Of a stretch of DNA of 64,000 nucleotides, positions 26,255-40,656 are shown one piece after another. The translations under genes and the position numbers were made by a program. The DNA comes from Octopus bimaculoides (lineage: Eukaryota), in NCBI RefSeq assembly GCF_001194135.2, contig NC_069002.1:22459761-22523760 (forward strand), in the 5' to 3' direction. The notes under the pieces were generated by a model that ran no database searches, was not told the DNA's origin, and worked only from the letters and a program-made list of their open reading frames with translations. Numbering within the stretch: the stretch's first letter is position 1; every line of letters starts with the position of its first letter.

Positions 26255-29200
26255 CCCTCCTCTATTAGTGATCATGTCTAGAAAGCAAAAATGTCCTAAA
26301 ACTTTTAGTACTCATTTTCTCTCTTTATAATAAATGTGGCACCTTGCACAGCACAGTACCAAACTGTATTCCAATATCCCTACTGGAAAGTCTAAGTGTA
26401 TCAAAGAGACTAGTTACTTTTTATATTTGGAGTAAATATCTAAGAACATTATCTGGTTGTGTATTCCTTATTACATTTGGCTCCATGTTAGTTTTGGTTT
26501 GACTAAATGGTATTTTCATCTCATGAAAATACCATTTAGTCAAAACAGAAAGTGATGGCATCGAATGTCTTTAGAAAATCCTGCTGGCCCCTGATTCCAT
26601 TATACAAAACTAGCCACTGAAAAGTATTTGTAGTTCAAGTGAACCATCTTAATTTCTAAGAAGAGCCTTTTGTACAACTGTGTTCCCAAACACCTCATAA
26701 ATACTACAGCATTTAAACCAACCATCATCATCATCATCATCATCATCGTTTAACGTCCGCTTTCCATGCTAGCATGGGTTGGATGATTTGACTGAGGACT
26801 GGTGCAACCGGATGGCTACACCAGGCTCCAATCTAATTTGGCAGAGTTTCTACAGCTGGATGCCCTTCCTAACGCCAACCACTCAGAGAGTGTAGTGGGT
26901 GCTTTTACGTGTCACCAGCACGAAAACGGCCACGCTCGAAATGGTGTCTTTTATGTGCCACCCGCACANNNNNNNNNNNNNNNNNNNNNNNNNNNNNNNN
27001 NNNNNNNNNNNNNNNNNNNNNNNNNNNNNNNNNNNNNNNNNNNNNNNNNNNNNNNNNNNNNNNNNNNNNNNNNNNNNNNNNNNNNNNNNNNNNNNNNNNN
27101 NNNNNNNNNNNNNNNNNNNNNNNNNNNNNNNNNNNNNNNNNNNNNNNNNNNNNNNNNNNNNNNNNNNNNNNNNNNNNNNNNNNNNNNNNNNNNNNNNNNN
27201 NNNNNNNNNNNNNNNNNNNNNNNNNNNNNNNNNNNNNNNNNNNNNNNNNNNNNNNNNNNNNNNNNNNNNNNNNNNNNNNNNNNNNNNNNNNNNNNNNNNN
27301 NNNNNNNNNNNNNNNNNNNNNNNNNNNNNNNNNNNNNNNNNNNNNNNNNNNNNNNNNNNNNNNNNNNNNNNNNNNNNNNNNNNNNNNNNNNNNNNNNNNN
27401 NNNNNNNNNNNNNNNNNNNNNNNNNNNNNNNNNNNNNNNNNNNNNNNNNNNNNNNNNNNNNNNNNNNNNNNNNNNNNNNNNNNNNNNNNNNNNNNNNNNN
27501 NNNNNNNNNNNNNNNNNNNNNNNNNNNNNNNNNNNNNNNNNNNNNNNNNNNNNNNNNNNNNNNNNNNNNNNNNNNNNNNNNNNNNNNNNNNNNNNNNNNN
27601 NNNNNNNNNNNNNNNNNNNNNNNNNNNNNNNNNNNNNNNNNNNNNNNNNNNNNNNNNNNNNNNNNNNNNNNNNNNNNNNNNNNNNNNNNNNNNNNNNNNN
27701 NNNNNNTACAGTCTGCCTTTTACTCTGAGTGAGAGTCCCTTTGTCGCCAGCAGAGGTAAGAGCTCTCTAAACTTGGCCCAGGCTATTCTTATTCTAGCAG
27801 TTACACTTTCAGCGCACCCACCCCCACTACTAACTTGGTCACCCAGATAGCGGAAGCTATCGACTACCTCTAGTTTTTCTCCCTGGAATGAGATAGAAGT
27901 TGTTTCCTGTTTGTTTACAGTGTTTATTGCACCTGAACATCTGCCACATACAAAAACTAACTTTGTAGTTAATCTGCCTTTGATATTGCTGCACCTCTTG
28001 TGTGTCCATAGCTTGCACCGGGTACATCTTATAGAGTTACTACCTACTCCTTTACTGCATACTGAGCAAGTCCATCTACCTGAAGGGGTTTATGTTTTAT
28101 CTACCTTCCTACTTATGAGGATTTTGGTTTTTGCTAGGTTGACTCTAAGGCCCTTCGATTCTAGTCCTTGCTTCCACACCTTAAACTTCTCTAGTTCTGA
28201 TAGTGACTGCGCAATTAGTGCAAGGTCATCAGCATAGAGGAGCTCCCAGGGGCAACCTGTCTTGAATTCCTCTGTGATCGCCTGGAGGACTATGATAAAT
28301 AGGAGGGGGCTGAGGACGGAACCTTGGTGGACCCCTACCTCTACCCGGAATTCATAACTGTACTCATTTCCAACCTTCACCTTACTGACAGCATCTCTGT
28401 ACATGGCTCGCACAGCTCTCACTAACCATTCTTCTATCCCAAGTTTCCTCATTGACCACCAGATAAGGGATCAGGGGACCCTAACACAAATAGTCTACCT
28501 CTTTAATTTTCAAACCAGCCATAGCAGGCCTCTTACACCTATCCCATAATGTCATTCTAAAAATAAACAATCACAGCATCAAAATGTCAAAGCAACAAGA
28601 TAATACATAATTAACTCAAAACACTGAATAAATAAGCATTATGTTTGATAATCCAAATGCTATTGGAATAACAAAAATGTCAAAGTCAGTGATTCTAATT
28701 AAATCCATTCAAATTCTTGCTTATTCTCAAAATTATCTGAAACATACGCAGTGGGGGTGGAAACAAAATAAAAAATTGTGGAAACTGAAAATGCCTGAGA
28801 GCTAAAATGTTGCTATATTTGATTACTAGAAAAATGCAAAATTTTTGCTGAGATCAATCAAGGGCATTTACTCCCTCAAGCCCCCTAAACTCCGAAAATG
28901 AGGGATTTTTGTAAATTTTTTACAATAGTGGAGTTTGTTGGGTTTGAGGGAGTAAATGCCCTTGACTGATCTAAGCGAAAATTTCAGGATTTTTCTAGTA
29001 ATCAAATATTGCAACATTTTAGGCCTCAGGGATTTTCAATTTCCACAATTTTTTATTTTCATTCCACCCTAATTCAATAGAAATACAATGCCTCCCAACC
29101 AGACACCTCCCAAAAATCATCCCAAATGGTTTGCCATTTCTGTAGTCTGCTCCCTCTCTGTCATGACAAATAACAAGAGATAAGCAACATTATATTTTTA

Positions 29201-32200
29201 TTTCCCTTTAATCATAATTAAAATGTATTTGAACTGGCAGAAAGATGAATTTGAGTATGCACACATACACACAGACAAATATAGGCAGGTACATATTTAC
29301 TCACCTGAAAGCTTTATAGAGGGGTCGGTACCAACAAACAAATGAACATGGAGTGAATAATAAGAACCAGAGTATAGAAAATCCGAATGTATTGGCTCCA
29401 TCACTTCTGGCAACCAGATTAGCAAGACTTCCAAGGAAATTTAAGAATAATACAAAAACATACACTGCAAAAAAAAAATAATAATAATTATAAGATTAAT
29501 AAAAAATTAAAATTTTTCCTTTTTCAAAAAAAATTTATCTAAATTTTGTTTTTGTTTTTAATAGTAATGAAATTTGTGTAGAGGGGGTAAGTTGATCACA
29601 TTGACCCCAGTACTTGACTGGTACTTATTTCATCAACCCTGAAAGGTTGAAAGGCAAAGTTGACTATAGCAGAATGTGAACTCAGAATGTTGAGACGGAC
29701 GAAATGCCACTAAGCCTTTTGCCTGGAGTGCTAACAATTTTGCCAGCTCACTGACTTAATAACAACAAAAAAAAACATCAAGAGAGATAAAACCGGAAAC
29801 CAGAATGGAAAAGGCAGTTTGATTATATGAAGCCAATCCATTAATATTTGAACAGTATTTATTTAGTAGTGGCAACATGTGGTGTGTGGTCAGTACAAAC
29901 CAACCCACAACCCCACCCCACTCAACATTCTGACCTTGCACCTATGTCATAAATCAACACAGACAACTACAATTTAAATAATTAATTTAATATTTGTTAT
30001 CTTTCATAATATTTCTAAATTTTGGTAAAATATTAAAAAAAAAATTCTTTTATTGCATTTTGATTTACAATGAAAATAACATGTGCTGCTGGTTGGGTTA
30101 TTTACCAAAAAGTAAGGATCAGAAGTCCAGGAATTTAACTATTTAGCTCCAGACTGACCTTCACGCTCCTGGCAGCATCATTATGGAATCTAACTGCACT
30201 ATTTAGCAAAAGTTTGCCCTCTTTCTCACTCATAGTAAATTCATAATTGGACACCTGCTCTATATCAATATCACATGATCAACCAAACTACATCACTGGT
30301 CACAATGCACTTAGCATCCTTTTAGCTTTTGAATGATGCCACCTTGCTGGCTAGGCGAACAGGCCAACATTCCCTCTGATCAGATGGCTATTCCATTGCA
30401 GGGTTACCCATTTACAGCTAAGTGAACTGCAGCAATGGGAAGTGAAGTCTTTTGCTCAAGGGCACACTGCACCAGCCAGTCAAGGAATCAAACCCATGGT
30501 TTATCAACTATGAGTGCAACACCCTAACCACTAGGCCGTAACCTATATCAATATACAGCTCCCATATATTACAAATTGATAAAAACTGTATCACTATAGC
30601 CAGATGGAGGACACATTTGCAAAACATTATATGATAAACACATTATTTTCAATAGACCGATCAATATAACTCAATTAACAAATCTATAATTGCATTTATG
30701 ACGCTGTGGATGTATGTCAACTGTATTCATCAAAATACTTGACACTATGTCTGATGGTAAGACTAATAAATTAGTAAATGAATTCAATGACAGCTAGCAC
30801 TTGGTTTCTGACAGTTCTGCCCCAAATCTTTAGAACAGGAATGGTGATAATTGCATAACTCAAAACTTCAAGATAAAATCATTAGCATTGCTGGTACAAT
30901 ATAATATTTCTAAATTTTCTTTAGTGAAAGACTAACAATAACAACAGTAATATAACAACAATAACAACAACAATAATAATAACAACAGTTTCAAAATGTA
31001 ACACAAGGTCAGCAAGTTTGGGTGGTTCCCTTGTGTACATACATGCAAACATCAAAATGAAACATGAGAAACAGAAAAAAAATGGAAACTCACACATCCA
31101 TAGGTAGTAAGCAAATTTTACAGTTTTCTGAAATTCAAGAGGAATATCAACGCTGAAATCTTGGTAGAAGCAAGGTCCAATAGGGAACCATTTAGGCAGT
31201 GGTGGCCAGTTGTTCTGTTTGCCTGTAAATAGTAAACAAGAAAACATCAATAGATTCTATGATGAAAATAGATATTACAAAGTTGCTAAACGTAACATAT
31301 TTGTCACATGTTAAGGACGAATGAAGGTCGGTCATTCTCATTTTAACTCTTTCGTTACTGTATTTATTTTGAGATGTGCTGTTTTTCTCTCAATTATTTT
31401 AAATATAACAAAGAATTTAGTAAAATAACTTAGTTATCGTTAAGCTAGTGTTAGGAACATAAATAAATTGTCACTAAAATTTGGTGGAAGATTTTAATTC
31501 AAAACTTATGAAAACAAGACATTTGTACTACAGAGCCGGTTTCAGCCGGGTTGGTAACGGAAGGGTTAATGACAACAACCAGAAATAGCAGATGACCACC
31601 ATTGTCTTTATTTGCTATTTGCTTTCCAGTCTGGCATGGGTTAGATACAATGAATATGAAATACTTTGAAATGCATAACAAATCCTAACCATCTTTTGTT
31701 TTAATGTTTGCCTCAAACAAAGTGTGGACAAATTGTAGCATTGGAAATGGCTGGGAAAAGAATTAAGGGCTATGGTGAAAGCAAACAGCAGCCATTTTGA
31801 ATAGTAAATATGTGTAAAATACCATCATCATCATCATCGTTTAAAGTCCACTTTCCATGCTGGCACGGGTTGGATGGTTATACTGAGGACTGGCAAGCCA
31901 GAAGGTTGTACCAGGCTCCAGTCTGATCTGGCAAGGTTTCTACAGCTGGATGCCCTTCCTAATGCCAACCACTCTGAGAGTATAGTGGGTGCTTTTTATG
32001 TGCCACTGGCATGGGAGCCATTCAGGCGGCACTGGCAACGACCATGCTCAAGTGATGCTTTTTTTACATGGTACGGGCACGTAAAAAGCCCATAAATATA
32101 AAAAAAGAACCCGTAAACTTTCATTAGCCAAAGCCTAAAACATTTTATTTTATGATAAAATGAATAATGGATATGGCATACCCAGAAGATTAACTAAAAG

Positions 32201-33620
32201 AGCAATCTTTAATCGTTAATATAAAAAACATTTTAGAAATGTAGAGGTTAAGTGGCTTAAATGCTCTAATGGAGACAGCAGAACAAGTTTTATCTCTCAG
32301 TTGACTGCATGTGGTGTAAGGAGCTGAACTTAGTACAGTGAGATAACAAAACAATCACTGAGTATAGAACAACAGACTTGTTTACAAAGAGATGTACCTA
32401 TACAGGGTCACAGACAGTATAGCACATGGTAAGAAGAATATGTCATTGCTCGTCTTCTTAACCATCAGAAACGGTTACAGTAATGTGAGGAATGTAGAAC
32501 TAAAACAAAACAAAAAACATTATAAACAAATTCTACCTTGGAGCTGCATGTTGCGCATCTCTTGCTCTTTCCGTTGCAATTCTGCTGCTTTTCTTTCCAG
32601 CTCCTGTTAAAAAAAAAGAGAGAACTGTGAATGTCTGAAAAAGAAGACATCCTGACAGTAATGACATTAGAAGTGAGAAGATTAGAAAACAGGAATCTGA
32701 GAGACAAAGACAAATCTAATTTATGGTGGTGAAGGGGTTTATCCAGCTTGCCTTTATTACAGATGGTAACGAGCTGCATTATTTACTGCTATTCCCTTGT
32801 TTCTTAATCAGGTTACACCTAATTTTCCCACGTAATCATCACTAAACCACAATATACTTGTCTGAAGGAAATTCAAATAACAATGAATAAAAGACACAAG
32901 CAGACTGTTGCAGTAAGCAGTGTCAAGAATGGTGAGGTTACTATGTCTCATCTCAACTTGGTATTCTGGGAGGTGGGGGAGGGGTTAACACTAATGAATC
33001 ATCATCATCATCATTTAATGTCCATTTTTGCATAGGTCAGATGGGATCTGTAGAAATGGATTTTCTAAGGCTGGATGCCTTTCCTTGTTACCAACCCTCA
33101 CCTGTTTCCAGGTAAGGTAATATTTCCCAACGGCCAGGCATGAATGCAGAGAATAAACAGATTGAGATTGTATGAAGAAGAGGAGAAATAGGATTAGAGA
33201 GGGAAAGTTATCATCATCATCATCATCAGTGTTTCAGGCCTGTAAAGGTGTTGTTGTTAGGAAGGGTATCCAGTTGTAGAAACTATGCCAAAACTGACAA
33301 ATAGATCCTGGTGCAGTCTTCTGGCTTGCTAGCTCCTGTCAAACCGTCCAACTCATGCCAGCATGGAAAATGGGCATTAAATGATGATGAAGATATCATA
33401 TATATTTATTAATATGTAGCAAAAGCAACAGAGTGACTCAAGGGCCAAGATTTTCATACACTGGCACTTATCAAACTAGTTACAGATGAAAAAGCCATGG
33501 ATTTATATAGCTGGTGAAAAATTATATTGGTCTAGAAAAAGCTATAACAATTACAATGCCACATGGATAATTCATATTTTTCAAATAGTTTGCCCATCAA
33601 GGAGAATCTCTGCACACATT

Positions 33621-33668
<48 letters not shown>

Positions 33669-35752
33669 CAGCTATTGAAATCCATCTTATATGGTGCTAT
33701 AAGCCTCCTCTATAAACATTTCTTTAGAACTCTTGAAACAAGTTTTCCTTATTATTTCTCTGACTTTTAAATCCATCATTAAGATCTCTCACTGCCATCG
33801 ATGTATCTTATAACTTTTAATTCTTTATTCAACATTTTTAATCTTAAATTTAATATGATTTTTAATCAATGTATCACTCTTTTAACCATTTCAGGTATAT
33901 TTTTACCTCATGTATTTCTATGAACTTAGCTGTTCTTTCTAGCGTGAGGGAATCCTATGATGGATACCTCTTATGTGCTTAAATGTACACTGTATTTATA
34001 TTCTAAATAATATATAGCTATGTTTCTTTCTTGGTGATTTATTGTGTTTTATGTATTATGTTGGGGTAAATCATAACTATAGGTTGATTATCTAAATTTT
34101 GTCTCTTCTTAAACCAAGTTATACAATATATATATATATATATANNNNNNNNNNNNNNNNNNNNNNNNNNNNNNNNNNNNNNNNNNNNNNNNNNNNNNNN
34201 NNNNNNNNNNNNNNNNNNNNNNNNNNNNNNNNNNNNNNNNNNNNNNNNNNNNNNNNNNNNNNNNNNNNNNNNNNNNNNNNNNNNNNNNNNNNNNNNNNNN
34301 NNNNNNNNNNNNNNNNNNNNNNNNNNNNNNNNNNNNNNNNNNNNNNNNNNNNNNNNNNNNNNNNNNNNNNNNNNNNNNNNNNNNNNNNNNNNNNNNNNNN
34401 NNNNNNNNNNNNNNNNNNNNNNNNNNNNNNNNNNNNNNNNNNNNNNNNNNNNNNNNNNNNNNNNNNNNNNNNNNNNNNNNNNNNNNNNNNNNNNNNNNNN
34501 NNNNNNNNNNNNNNNNNNNNNNNNNNNNNNNNNNNNNNNNNNNNNNNNNNNNNNNNNNNNNNNNNNNNNNNNNNNNNNNNNNNNNNNNNNNNNNNNNNNN
34601 NNNNNNNNNNNNNNNNNNNNNNNNNNNNNNNNNNNNNNNNNNNNNNNNNNNNNNNNNNNNNNNNNNNNNNNNNNNNNNNNNNNNNNNNNNNNNNNNNNNN
34701 NNNNNNNNNNNNNNNNNNNNNNNNNNNNNNNNNNNNNNNNNNNNNNNNNNNNNNNNNNNNNNNNNNNNNNNNNNNNNNNNNNNNNNNNNNNNNNNNNNNN
34801 NNNNNNNNNNNNNNNNNNNNNNNNNNNNNNNNNNNNNNNNNNNNNNNNNNNNNNNNNNNNNNNNNNNNNNNNNNNNNNNNNNNNNNNNNNNNNNNNNNNN
34901 NNNNNNNNNNNNNNNNNNNNNNNNNNNNNNNNNNNNNNNNNNNNNNNNNNNNNNNNNNNNNNNNNNNNNNNNNNNNNNNNNNNNNNNNNNNNNNNNNNNN
35001 NNNNNNNNNNNNNNNNNNNNNNNNNNNNNNNNNNNNNNNNNNNCGATGAGAGAGATAAATTCTTGGCAACCTTATGTATCTTTTTCCAGTGAAATTATTC
35101 ACTGATATCGAAAAAGTGAAAACAAGCAATGTTAATTCTCTAAATTAGGTATTAACAGTAACTGCACGATAAAGTGTAGTATATTGCCACTTAAATGTGG
35201 CTGACCCACTTCACTTTATCGTGCAGTTACTGTTAATACCTGGGGTTACATATATATATATATATACTTTTAATTTTTTGTTTCAGTCATTTGATTGCGG
35301 CCATGCTGAAGCACCAACTTTTGTCGAGCAAATCAACCCCAGGATTTATTTATTGTAAACCTAGTACTTATTCTATCAGTCTCTTTTGCCAACCCGCTAA
35401 GTTACAGTGATGCAAAGGCACCAGCATTGGCTGTCAAGTGATGTTGCTGAGGGGCAAACGCAGACACACATACACACACACATATATATATATTATATAT
35501 ACACTTACACTCTTTTATTCTTTTACTTGTTTCAGTCATTTGACTGTGGCCATGCTGGAGCACCGCCTTTAGTCGAACAAATCGACTCCAGGACTTATTC
35601 TTTGTAAGCCTAGTACTTATTCTATTGGTCTTTTGCCAGACTGCTAAGTTATGGGATGTAAATATACTAATGAAGCAGTTGTTTTACAGCTGGTTTACTG
35701 TCCCTTCTATGTATCATTACCAAGTGACAGTAGCATTTTTTTTTCTTCTTTG

Positions 35753-35793
<41 letters not shown>

Positions 35794-38700
35794 AATAAGC
35801 CAGACAAGTGTAACAGCAATGTAGATGATTTAATACTGATCATGCAGGAGGTCACTTCCCAGATAGCTGGGCTGCTGGAACAATTCCCAGTAAGGAAGAC
35901 AGAAAGGTAAACAATGCAAAAAATAAAATAAAAAATAAAAGAGAGAGTAGGGAGTAAAAACAAGAGTGCCCTGATCACAGAACAGAGACTATGAGGCTAT
36001 GAAATTGAGTGGCCACTCATGAAGCCATTGTCCTGAGTATGAGCAGCAAGAGGTGACAGTCATATTTTAATGAGCACATGCAAAAGGTGAATACACTGTT
36101 GTACCTGATACAGTGAACAGGTGAGATTGGAGGGTGGTGGGGGTGGAGATAACAACATCAGCAGCATTAGTAGTAGTAGTAGTAATGGTAGTAATGGTAT
36201 TAACTATAATTCCATCAAATAATGCTAAATCAATAAATAAATAAATAAAAAAGGGAAGAATCCATCTGGAAGGAGGCAGAACTATTGATCTTCCATGCAA
36301 TGATACAGCAACATTGTTGACCGACATTTACAAATGGACAAGAGGTAAGTAGGTTGGTCAGATAGCCCAGTCTAGTTTGTTGAAAGAGAGAGAGACTGTA
36401 ACTAGTATTGACTGCTGGCTAATGAAGTACTATCAGTAGAGTGTGGTAGTGGGGGGAGGTAATTAGAGATTAGAGGAACAGATGACAAGAGAAAACAGTA
36501 GCAGATTAAAAACTAAAGCTAAAACAGCAACTATTTTTGTTTGTGTATAAGGTTACACCACAGTGGCACTGGCCAGGCTAGATAGTCCCTTTTGTGTGTG
36601 TGTGTGTNNNNNNNNNNTACACTTTATGCATTAGTTCAAATAAATTATTGTTATTATTATCAGCTTCTGGTCAGCTCTGACACAGCAGACCTGTAATCAA
36701 AGGGGTTACAGCCTTCACCATCCAGCTCCCCCAACACACTGCAGGCAAAGTCTATCTTAGACAATGTTATCTAATTCTATTTTGCTTTAGGGAGATTTAG
36801 CTGCTATTTCTATGAGGCTGAGCAACTATATAGATCAACCATGAACCAACTATGGCCTATGAGAACTTTTTGAATAACACACCTCATGAAAAATTACCTT
36901 CTATCTTTCCTAGCGGTGCAGCCCACTTCATGATGAGCCATGTCTCATTTGGCCCATTTCTCATGAAAGGTTGTGCATGCCTGACATAGAGACTTCTTCA
37001 CTAACCAAACTAAATATAAGTAACAAGTAGAAGTGGTTTAATTAAATGGTGCCATCACATGTTTAATCGATTTCATCTCAGCTGTCTTTCAAAGAAGAAG
37101 CCCTTAACTCTTTAGCATTTAAACTGGCCATCTCCAGTCCAAACATTTTATCTGTTTTATGTTCAAACAAGCCACATCTGATTTCTCATACCTACCCTAC
37201 AATGTCATTCTAAAAATGCAACAATCACATTGATTACTGAACTCACAAAGCTGTGAGATAAAGCATGATTGATTCAAAACAATGTGAATAAAGAAGCATT
37301 ACATTTGACAGAGTAATCTGAATGCTGAAGGGTTAAATTAGAAACATGATTGCTCTGTCAGGAACTAGTTACAAGAATCAGATTTGTAATAAGTTTAAGA
37401 TGTTAATATCATTGTATCTCTTTGTTTCTTTGGGAATACACACCACACAAAGCAGGGCCAATCCCTCAGGTCTGATCTGAATGTACTTTTATTGAAAGCA
37501 GGTCTCTCAACTGATTCATTAAAATCCAGATAACATCAGTGATGGTTTATTTCCCATAGAAATTATCATTATGTAGCCAGTAGTTGTGACACTAGACTAA
37601 AGAAGCATGGTTTACAGGTTCAAAATCATATAATTTTTGATATATATATCCCTGTACATGACACATAACTGTTTACCTACAGACAATATTTAGTCTATTT
37701 GGATGTACTCATCTAAACTCTGAGTTCAAATCCTATCAGAGCCAATTTCACCATTTGTTTCTTGGGGACTGATAAACTAATAAGCACAAACTGGACTGGA
37801 CTGTATTGACTCTACTACTACAAATATGTTCTTTTCTACTCTAGGCACAAGGTCTGAAATTTTGGGGGAGGGGGCCAATCAATTAGATCGACACAGTATG
37901 CAACTGGTACTTAATTTATCAACCCTGAAAGGATGAAAGGCAAAGTCAACCTCGGTGGAATTTGAACTCAGAACGTAAAGACAGATGAAATACCGCAAAG
38001 CATTTTGCTCGGCGTGCTAGCGTTGCTTCCAGTTCACTGCCTACAAATATGTTGCTCTGTGACAATGTATTATTTTTATTATTATCATCATCACCATCAT
38101 CATCATCAAGTGAATAGTCAGATGGCAGAATCATTAGATCACTAGACAAAACGCTTAGCAGCATTTCTTGTAGCTTTATGCTCTGAGTTCAAATTCTGCC
38201 AGGGTTAGCTTTAGCCATCATCCTTTCGGGGTTGATAAAATAAGTAGCAGTTGTAGGGCAGGATCTATGATAGACGAACTGTAGACAGGAACATTGCTGC
38301 AGGCTAGCTAGGGAGCTGGTCTGCAGCAAAGTAGATTTCCAGTCAAGCGGGCTTCGAAGAGACAGAAGTAACTGGTGGCTGCTGCCCTAATGTGCTTAAA
38401 GGAATAAATCTTTCACTAACACATTCTCGTCTCCATCAGTTTATCTGTGAATAGCTCGACAAAGCTATACAGTCAAACACAGGAATCAATGTAATTGACT
38501 AACCCCTAACCCACTCCCCCAAAATTTCGACCATTGTGCTTACAGCAGAAAGGACTTTTATTATTATTTCTATTATTATCAAGAAGACAGTGAGCTGGCA
38601 GATACCTTAGCACACTGGGCGAAATGCTTAGCAGTATTTCATTTGTCTTCAAGTTCTGAGTTCAAATTTCACTGAGGTCGACTTTGCTTTTCATCCTTTC

Positions 38701-40209
38701 AGGGTTGATAAAATTAGTACCAGTTACGCACTGGGGTCAATGTAATCAACTTAATCCCTTCCCCCAAATTTGAGGCCTTGTGTTTCCAGTAGTAAGGATT
38801 ATTATTATTATTATTATTAAGTCAGTGAATGGCAAGGTAGCAAAATTATTAGTACAGTTGAGAAAATGTATTTCTTGCAATTCATTACATTCTGAGTTCA
38901 AATCCCACTGGGGTTGAATTTGCCTTTCATCCTTTCAGGGACAATAAATTAAGTACCAGTTGAGCATTGAGGTCAATGTAATCCACTAATCCCTTCCCTT
39001 CAAAAATGCCCACTTATCTACATAATAGTGGCTTTGTTTTCTATGAACTGTTCCACGTCTCACCCAGAGGCCTCAAGTAACAGCAAGTTGGATGTTTTAC
39101 TATGGGTGTTACTCATGGTTAGCAACAATATGTCATGTGGAAAGAACACTAGAATCTGACAAGATTCTGTTAAATTTGTGAATTTTTCAGTTTTGATAGA
39201 GCTTTATGAGAATCAGGTGTTTTCAAGTTGACAATGCTTTTTAAGGATGTAGGCAACATCCATGAGAAAAATTTCTTTGTTTAGTTCTGATGCCTTGTAA
39301 TTTCTTGGTATCTGACCATAGTGTTTAAGAGTGCCTTTTGGTATTGTCCCCAAAGCTCTGATGATTACAGGTAGAGTTGTTCTTACATACCACATTTTTT
39401 AGACTTCTATTTCAAGGTCTTTATATTTAATTTTTCAAATACTTTTACAGAAGTGCTGCACTCTACAGGGACTGATACATCTATCAGCAGACATGCTTTT
39501 GTCAACGTGAGTTTTTACCACAATATCTGGTCAATTGGCTTGTGTAGTGTGACCAGCTGTGGTTGTTAATAATAACAATAATAGTAATCCTTTCTATTAT
39601 AGGTACAACGCCTGAAGTTTTGAGGGAAGGGGTTAGCCAATTACATTGACACTGAAAGGATGAAAGCCAAACCTCAGCGGAATTTGAACTCAGAACATGA
39701 AGATGGACAAAATGCCCCTAAGCACTTTGCCGAGTGTGATAATGATGCTGCCAGCTCGCCACCTTAATAATAATAATGATGTTGTGAGACTTTAATATTC
39801 AGACTGACACAGTAATAGAAGCTAGAAGGCCTGATTTAGTAGAAGTAGACAAAGAGAACAGAAAGTGCTAGGTAATTGATTTTATAGTCCCAAACAATGA
39901 GAGAATCAATATGAGACGTATAGATAAAAAAGGAAAGTGCCAGGAGCTAGCTATTGAATAACTGAGACTATGAAAAGTGCAGGTAAAATGTATCCCAGTA
40001 GTTATAGGTACATTGGGAACTATCCCTAAAGATCTGAACATGTGGATAGAGGAAATAGACATAAAGCCTAGTTTAGTACAGCTCCAGATAACAGTGTTAT
40101 TAGGGACAGCAAGGATACTTAGGAGGGTTCTTGGCATCTAAGGTAACTTGCTGTAGCCCGATGTTAGGATTTTTTCTTTTCCAACAGTCTTATCTGTTGT
40201 GCGTATATG

Positions 40210-40244
<35 letters not shown>

Positions 40245-40569
40245 CCAAGGCACACATAGCTGCTCTTGGTAGTGCAGTGAAAGCACATGATAAAAATAAG
40301 ACCACTGAATAATAATAATAAAGTGAACTGGCTGAAAATGTTTTATGTGACAGTCATTTTTTATTTTTACATTTCCAGTTTCAAATTCCATCAAGGCCAG
40401 CTTTAGTTTCTCCCCACCTTTCTGGAGCCATTAAATAAATACTGGAGTTGCTTCAATGGCTTGCACATACTTCTAAATAAATTGTGTGTAACTGTAGGCT
40501 TTTGGAAATGAACTATAAACAAAATTGTGACATATTTCAAGTCAAGAGCCAGGCTGTGTGTATATGTGC

Positions 40570-40656
<87 letters not shown>

